64,000 bases of DNA from Eledone cirrhosa (taxonomy: Eukaryota). This document shows positions 58,251 through 64,000 of the stretch, one piece after another. Within the stretch, counting starts at the first letter, position 1, and each line of letters opens with the position of its first letter. The notes beneath the pieces are model-generated. The model was given only the letters and a program-made list of their open reading frames with translations, had not been told where the DNA came from and ran no database searches. A program made the position numbers and the translations under genes. Where the stretch lies: positions 353,958,001 through 354,022,000 of the forward strand of contig OZ024742.1 of NCBI GenBank assembly GCA_964016885.1, written 5' to 3'.

Positions 58251-59755
58251 GCTTCGGCAGGAATGTTAAAGGGAAAAATTACTCTATGCTATCAAAAGAG
58301 CTGAAATATTACTGCCGTGCGCCTGGCACAGTGAGTCGCCTTGTAATATTGAACAGCAAACCATATATTAGTTTCTTATTAGGATTTTGGTGAAGATTTT
58401 AGGCATTTCTCGCAAAAATCTGAGATGATCTATAAGGTTGGCGTTGCTGATTCTACGGGCGAAAGAGATTTAGTCGTAAATTACTAAACATAAATATTAG
58501 GTCCTTAGTAAAAATACCTAGAGAATGGCCGTTGCTATTATGCAAGACAAACAGCCCTTCGTCTCGTTGAAATTAATTTGGCATCAGTGACTTTTTATTT
58601 AATTTTTGAAGGATAAATAATTCAAACAAATCTCATTCCTGTGCGCTGTCATAAGATTCAGTGAAGTTTTCAAAAGTATCATTTGTATATGATATTTCAC
58701 TTAGATCAACTCGTGGTTAAATATACTTGTCTCTCTGCTGTGTATAATAACATGCATTTCGTGGTCGTAGTTTAGGCCAAACCGACAGCGGAATTGTAAA
58801 TATGTTAATCGACATTTGGTTCTAGAATATTACCAAACCAATGTCACAGGCCATTTTATCATTTGTACACATATTTATTTCTCTTAGTATCTTCATTCAT
58901 ACTAATGATAATTATGTTCTGCTGGAGTTAAATAATCTATTTATATAGCTTTTGCTAAATGCCAGTGTATGGACATTTAATGTGAATTATACATTTCATT
59001 TGGCTAAGCTTTTACTTACTTTATCTATCGTAAATTAGAAGTAATCTCTATTATTCATTGTTGATATTATTACAGAAGCTTGCTTTAACTTTCTGATACG
59101 TGTCAGTGATACTATCTAGTAAGAGCTGGTTATATAAATCATTATCTAATTCCTATAAATGTAGTTTTAACAGAGAATATGAACATAACCCGTGATGATA
59201 TAATTATATTTACGCTTGGAAATGTTCTATGTTTTTGCCGAAAATGATTCTCTCTAACATATCTGCTTCGATGCGGGCTAAGACTCTAACTCTTGAGGGT
59301 TATTTGGAGGGGAATTTATGGTAAAACAATGAGAGCGGGTGATAGCGCTATATAAGAGAGACACACTTTGAACACTAAGATTGCAACAAATAACTAAAGC
59401 GTATTAGGGAGTTAAACAACATTTGGGACTTTCTTGAGGTCAAGTTTGTCCCTGTTGTCATATGGGCACTAGGTACAATCTCGAAGAGTTTTCAAGAATG
59501 GTTAAAGTACATTAGTCCAGACCCCTTTTTGGAAACTTCAAAATGCATGCCTACGGGGAATAACAGGAACCATGCGACACGTCCTGAACATCTAAGGAAG
59601 CATATAGCGGCTTGTTATTCATTTGAATATATGTCCAGTTAAATAACCTGAATGACAGAGACTCAAACAACAACAATAACAACAACAGTAACAACAACAA
59701 ATGCAACAGCACCAACTACAATAATAATAATAATAATAGTAATAATAATAATAAT

Positions 59756-61990
59756 GATTTCTTTATTAACCACAAGGGTTTACATAAAGTAGACATTAAG
59801 GACAGTGCAGGACAATGCAGGACGGTACAAATGGGCATTTCTGCGTGTAAAAAAACAAAAACAGAGGATGTAACAAAAAATAACAATGAAAAATTCCCCA
59901 ATAGGGGGGAGACTTCGGAGGGACATTTGTGGAGAAAGCCCAGTAAAAAGCCACAATGACCCTGACCACCAAGGCAAGTGCCCTCTCCCAGTTTTCCACC
60001 TTTAATTTACAGATATATACTCAGAGTAGGCCCATTCACTCGGGCCATTCTTGCTTCTCTCACCCATCTTTCAACAAAATGCTGGGAAGAGAGCACTTCC
60101 CTCTCTACTCTGATTTTCCTTTTCAAATGAAATTTGAAAAAGTCAATCAGAGCATCACCGAAGAGGTAAGTGCTCGTCTTCAGCCCTTTCAAACGTGTCC
60201 ACCATACTATCTCTTTCGCCATGGCCACCAGGCAGATAAAAACTGCCTGCCCTTCCCGGCTAAAGGAGGAGGGCAGGGCACACCTCACGAGGGACTCAGA
60301 TGATAGCCGGATCCGTCCTAAACGCGACAGCAGGTGTTCGACATAAACCCACAAGTCAGCAATTTTCGGACACTGGACGAGTGCGTGCAGGACGGTTTCG
60401 TCGCCCTGCGCGCATCTCGGACATGCCCGGCTGACGGCACCTCCATGCCTGTAGTGTTTATCCCGAACTGGCAAGGCTCCTCGGTAGCACTGCCAGGCCA
60501 GAGATTTCTGGATGTTGTCCATAGGCCCCGGCCGGAAAGTTCTTCCGAAGAGATTGGCTAGTTGATTTTCGTCGACGCCTAGAGTTTCCCCAAGTACGTC
60601 GTCGCTCTTACCCTCCACTAATCCTCTATAGAACGCTGAGGTGGAGTTTCCACCGATCACATTGCCCGATTGGTCGAGGGCTGTGAGCGCCTGAAGACAT
60701 TCCAGTCTCCAGGCGCTCCCTCTCGGTCTTCGCTTGACCCAGGACTGCAGCTCCGTCAAGGAAACGAGCTGGGGAAATACGCGCCTAGCAAACGGCGACC
60801 ACACCTGATCACCGTCGAGGAAGAGGTGGAGATGTCGTAGCCTGAGCGCGTGCCTGCGCATCATCAGCCACGGCATGCCCAGCCCTCCACGTAGCGGGTG
60901 TTGACAACAGATGGACCGCCTGACCATCGGAGCACGTCCCTTCCACAAAAAGCGAAAGAGCAAACGCTCCAGCGCAGTCAGGCGAGGCTTAGGACAAGGT
61001 ACGACGGTCAGGCGGTAGCAGATGACAGACGCGATGTACGCGTTAGCCACCTCCGCTCGACCTTTCAGGGATAGCTTCCTCTCGGCCCATTTCTGGGTGA
61101 GAGAAGCCACCCTGCTCGTCACCTCGTCCCAGTTTTTGTCCGTCTGGAGGTCCGGACCGAACCAGACCCCTAGCAATTTAATCGGTCCGTCCGTCCAGCG
61201 TCCGACGACGCTGTTGGACGGCATGGACCTGCCTCTCCAGGTGCCGAGCTGCAGGCCCACTGACTTTTCCTGGTTGATCATTGCTCTTGTCACCGCTTCG
61301 TATTCTCTTAGTGTAGTGCCGATCGCCTCGATGTGTTTGGCGTTCGACACCACTACGGTGACATCGTCCGCATATGCTGACACGGATCTTCCGCATCCTA
61401 GTTCGCGCGGGACTCCCCTCAACGTCTCCAGTTTGTGCAGTAATGGCTCGAGAGTCAATACGTACAAGAGGGACGAGAGGGGACATCCTTGGCGGACCGA
61501 GCGCATGATGTTGAACGGTTCCGACAGGTGACCGTTCACTCTCACCACAGAGCAGATGTCGCTGTGCATGGCAGCGATCCAGCCTCTGAAGACGGGCCCA
61601 AAGCCAGCCGCCCTCAGGACTGCCGCTAGGTAACGATGGTCGACCCTATCGAAAGCTTTCGACTGATCTAAATTGATCAAGGACCCAGCCGTGCCAGGTT
61701 CCTTAGCTACCCTCTCTATGATGTATCGCATGAGGTGGAGGTTGTCGTGGATGTATCTGTCGGGAATGGCGCATGTCTGCGCCTCTCCCACCAGACCACC
61801 AACGACAAGCGCCAACCTCTTTTCTAGCACCTTGGCCAAAATCTTGAACTCTGTGTTTAGCAGAGTTATGGGCCGGAAATTGTCTATGTTATCCCCCTTG
61901 TTGGGATCCTTTCTCAGCAGTGCCACCGCTCCTCGGCTCACAGAACTGGGAATTCTCCCGTTCTGTTGCCAGTTGCAGTAGACGTCCGCC
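59756..61990 (-). mobile_element. 5'-truncated Tx1/L1-like LINE: intact RT + C-terminal zinc-knuckle frame, 3' UTR, flanked by (AAT)n
   Basis: FRPITLLNTEFKILAK, LDQSKAFDRV, VRQGCPLS, AYADD and CPRC...ETVLHALVQC motifs. Stop at 60007; (AAT)n at 59720-59755 and 61991-62043. Confidence 0.93.
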
Positions 61991-62043
<53 letters not shown>

Positions 62044-63577
62044 GTTACTTATTGATAAGATGGTAATGAGGAATTGCAAGAGGAGACACACTGGTCTTGC
62101 CATGGGATGGATAGACTACAAAAAGGCATTTGACATGGTGCCTCATTCTTGGATCACCAAAAGCCTGGAGATCTTCAAGGTGGCAGATAACATCAGACAG
62201 TTGTTGGGCAAAAGTGTGAAGTCCTGGAAAACAGAGTTAACATCAACTGGAGAATCCTTGGGAAGCGTGAAGATCAAGAGAGGTATCTTCCAGGGAGATA
62301 GTCTGTCCCCTCTGCTGTTTGTCCTTGCCCTGATGCCACTGACCAGTGTACTGAGAAACGTGAGAGCAAGATACAGGTTGTGAAAGGGAGGGCTTACCAT
62401 CTGGGAAAGGGAGGGCTTACCATCAATCACCTCCTCTTCATGGACGATCTTAAGCTCTTCGGGAAGAGTGAGAAGGAGTTGGATGGGCTTGTTGACACTG
62501 TCCGTATTTTCAGCAATGATATATGTATGCAATTTGGTGTTAGTAAGTGTGGAGTCATTGTGATAAAGAGGGGTAAATTGAGAAGAAATAACGGAATCCA
62601 GGTACCGACAGGTGAGAGGATAAAGGAAATTGACTCTGAAGAAGGATACAAGTATTTGGGTATTCTGGAGGCTGATGACATCAAGAAAAAAAAAATGAAG
62701 GAATTGATAAGAACTGAATACATTCGGAGAGTAAGGAGCGTATTAAAGTCACATTTGAACAGTAGGAATGCCATAAGTGCAGTAAATTCCCGAGCTGTGT
62801 CTATTATTAGGTACAGTGTGGGAATTCTGAGATGGAATGTTGCTGAACAAAAAGAAATGGATAGGAAGACTAGGAAGCTATTGACTATCTACAACATGTT
62901 CCATAAGAGGAGTGATGTCGATAGACTCTACTTAAGGAGATCTGAAGGTGGAAGAGGTCTTATCAGCATAGAGGACTGTGTTCGGTTTGAAAAAAACAAC
63001 CTACACAAATACGTGACTGATAGTAAGGAGCCAATGCTCAGAACTGTACTGAATGAGGGGACAATAGACCAGGGGATGTGCAAGGAGGAAATAACATCAA
63101 GGAGAAAGAGCAGCCTTCAGGAAAAATCCCTTCATAGTACCTTCTTTGGGAAAACTGAATTTAGAGATCTACAGACATTGAACTGGTTGAAAAGAGGAGA
63201 CGTTAAAAAAGGCTACGGAACGAATGTTAATGGCTGCGCAGGAGCAGGACCTCAAAACGAAGTGGTTGAAACACCATATTTACAAGGAGGAGGCTAGCCC
63301 ACTGTGCAGGATATGTGGAGAGAGAAGGGAGACTGTGGCTCACATTGTATCCGAGTCTAAACACCTAGCCCAGACTCACTATAAGAGACGTGATGTGATG
63401 GGCAGGGTGATCCACTGGCACCTATGCAAAGTAAACAATTTACCACATTCTGAGAAGTGGTATGAGCATAAGCCAGAGTCGGTGATAGAAAACGATCAGG
63501 TGAAGGTGCTGTGGGATTTTAGGATACAGACGGACAAGAAACTGGAACACAATAGGCCTGACCTGGTGGTTGTGGAC
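62044..63577 (+). mobile_element. R4/Dong-like non-LTR retrotransposon fragment (RT, CCHC, start of restriction-like endonuclease)
   Basis: WIDYKKAFDMVPHSWI, GIFQGDSLSPLLF, HLLFMDDLKLF, YKYLG, CRICGERRETVAHIVS and LWDFRIQTDKKLEHNRPDLVVVD motifs. Frameshifts at ~62385 (20 bp duplication) and ~63210. Confidence 0.88.
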
Positions 63578-63622
63578 AATAATAATAATGATAATAAAAA
63601 TAATAATAATAATAATAATAAT

Positions 63623-64000
63623 GTTTTCTTTATTAACCACAAGGGTTTACATAAAGTAGACATTAAGGACAGTGCAGGACAATGCAGGACGGTACAAATG
63701 GGCATTTCTGCGTGTAAAAAACAAAAACAGAGGATGTAACAAAAATAACAATGAAAATAACAATGAAAAATTCCCCAATAGGGGGGAGACTTCGGAGGGA
63801 CATTTGTGGAGAAAGCCCAGTAAAAAGCCACAATGACCCTGACCACCAAGGCAAGTGCCCTCTCCCAGTTTTCCACCTTTAGTTTACAGATATATACTCA
63901 GAGTCGGCCCATTCACTCGGGCCATTCTTGCTTCTCTCACCCATCTTTCAACAAAATGCTGGGAAGAGAGCACTTCCCTCTCTACTCTGATTTTCCTTTT
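63623..64000 (-). mobile_element. 3' end of a second copy of the same Tx1-like LINE, running off the window
   Basis: Near-identical to 59756-60122 (extra 12 bp duplication taacaatgaaaa), preceded by (AAT)n. Confidence 0.92.

Noticed and set aside
61991-62103. N-terminal signal-peptide-like poly-Leu of the 698 aa ORF
   Set aside because: This is chimeric read-through from the antisense Dong-like fragment and the (ATT)n tract. The LINE sequence starts at 61990.

Overview
AT-rich eukaryotic (animal) DNA saturated with (TA)n, (CA)n, (GA)n and (AAT)n microsatellites. I could not recognise any host protein-coding exon. The SINE families and microsatellite load resemble octopus/cephalopod genomes, which is an inference only. 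The interpretable content is almost all retroelement-derived: (i) Penelope-like elements (PLEs) of two types, a Neptune-like partial tandem (3836-9398) and several decayed Naiad-like copies with the CxC-x5-CPL + GIY-YIG signature; (ii) Tx1/L1-like LINEs, an R4/Dong-like RLE LINE and RTE fragments; (iii) two tRNA-derived SINE families plus Helitron and mariner remnants. The main hidden signal is RNA structure. By eye I find roughly 20 type I hammerhead ribozyme (HHR) motifs, intact or decayed, from more than ten unrelated sequence families. Almost all sit in short non-coding modules bounded by (TA)n and arranged as foldbacks or tandem repeats. The best candidate for an undescribed system is a 704-706 bp, ORF-less, head-to-tail array at 36532-38240. 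Each unit carries a hammerhead with an unusually large branched helix II, a retrozyme-like layout predicted to yield ~705-nt monomeric or circular RNA. All RNA structures were parsed by hand and have not been folded computationally.
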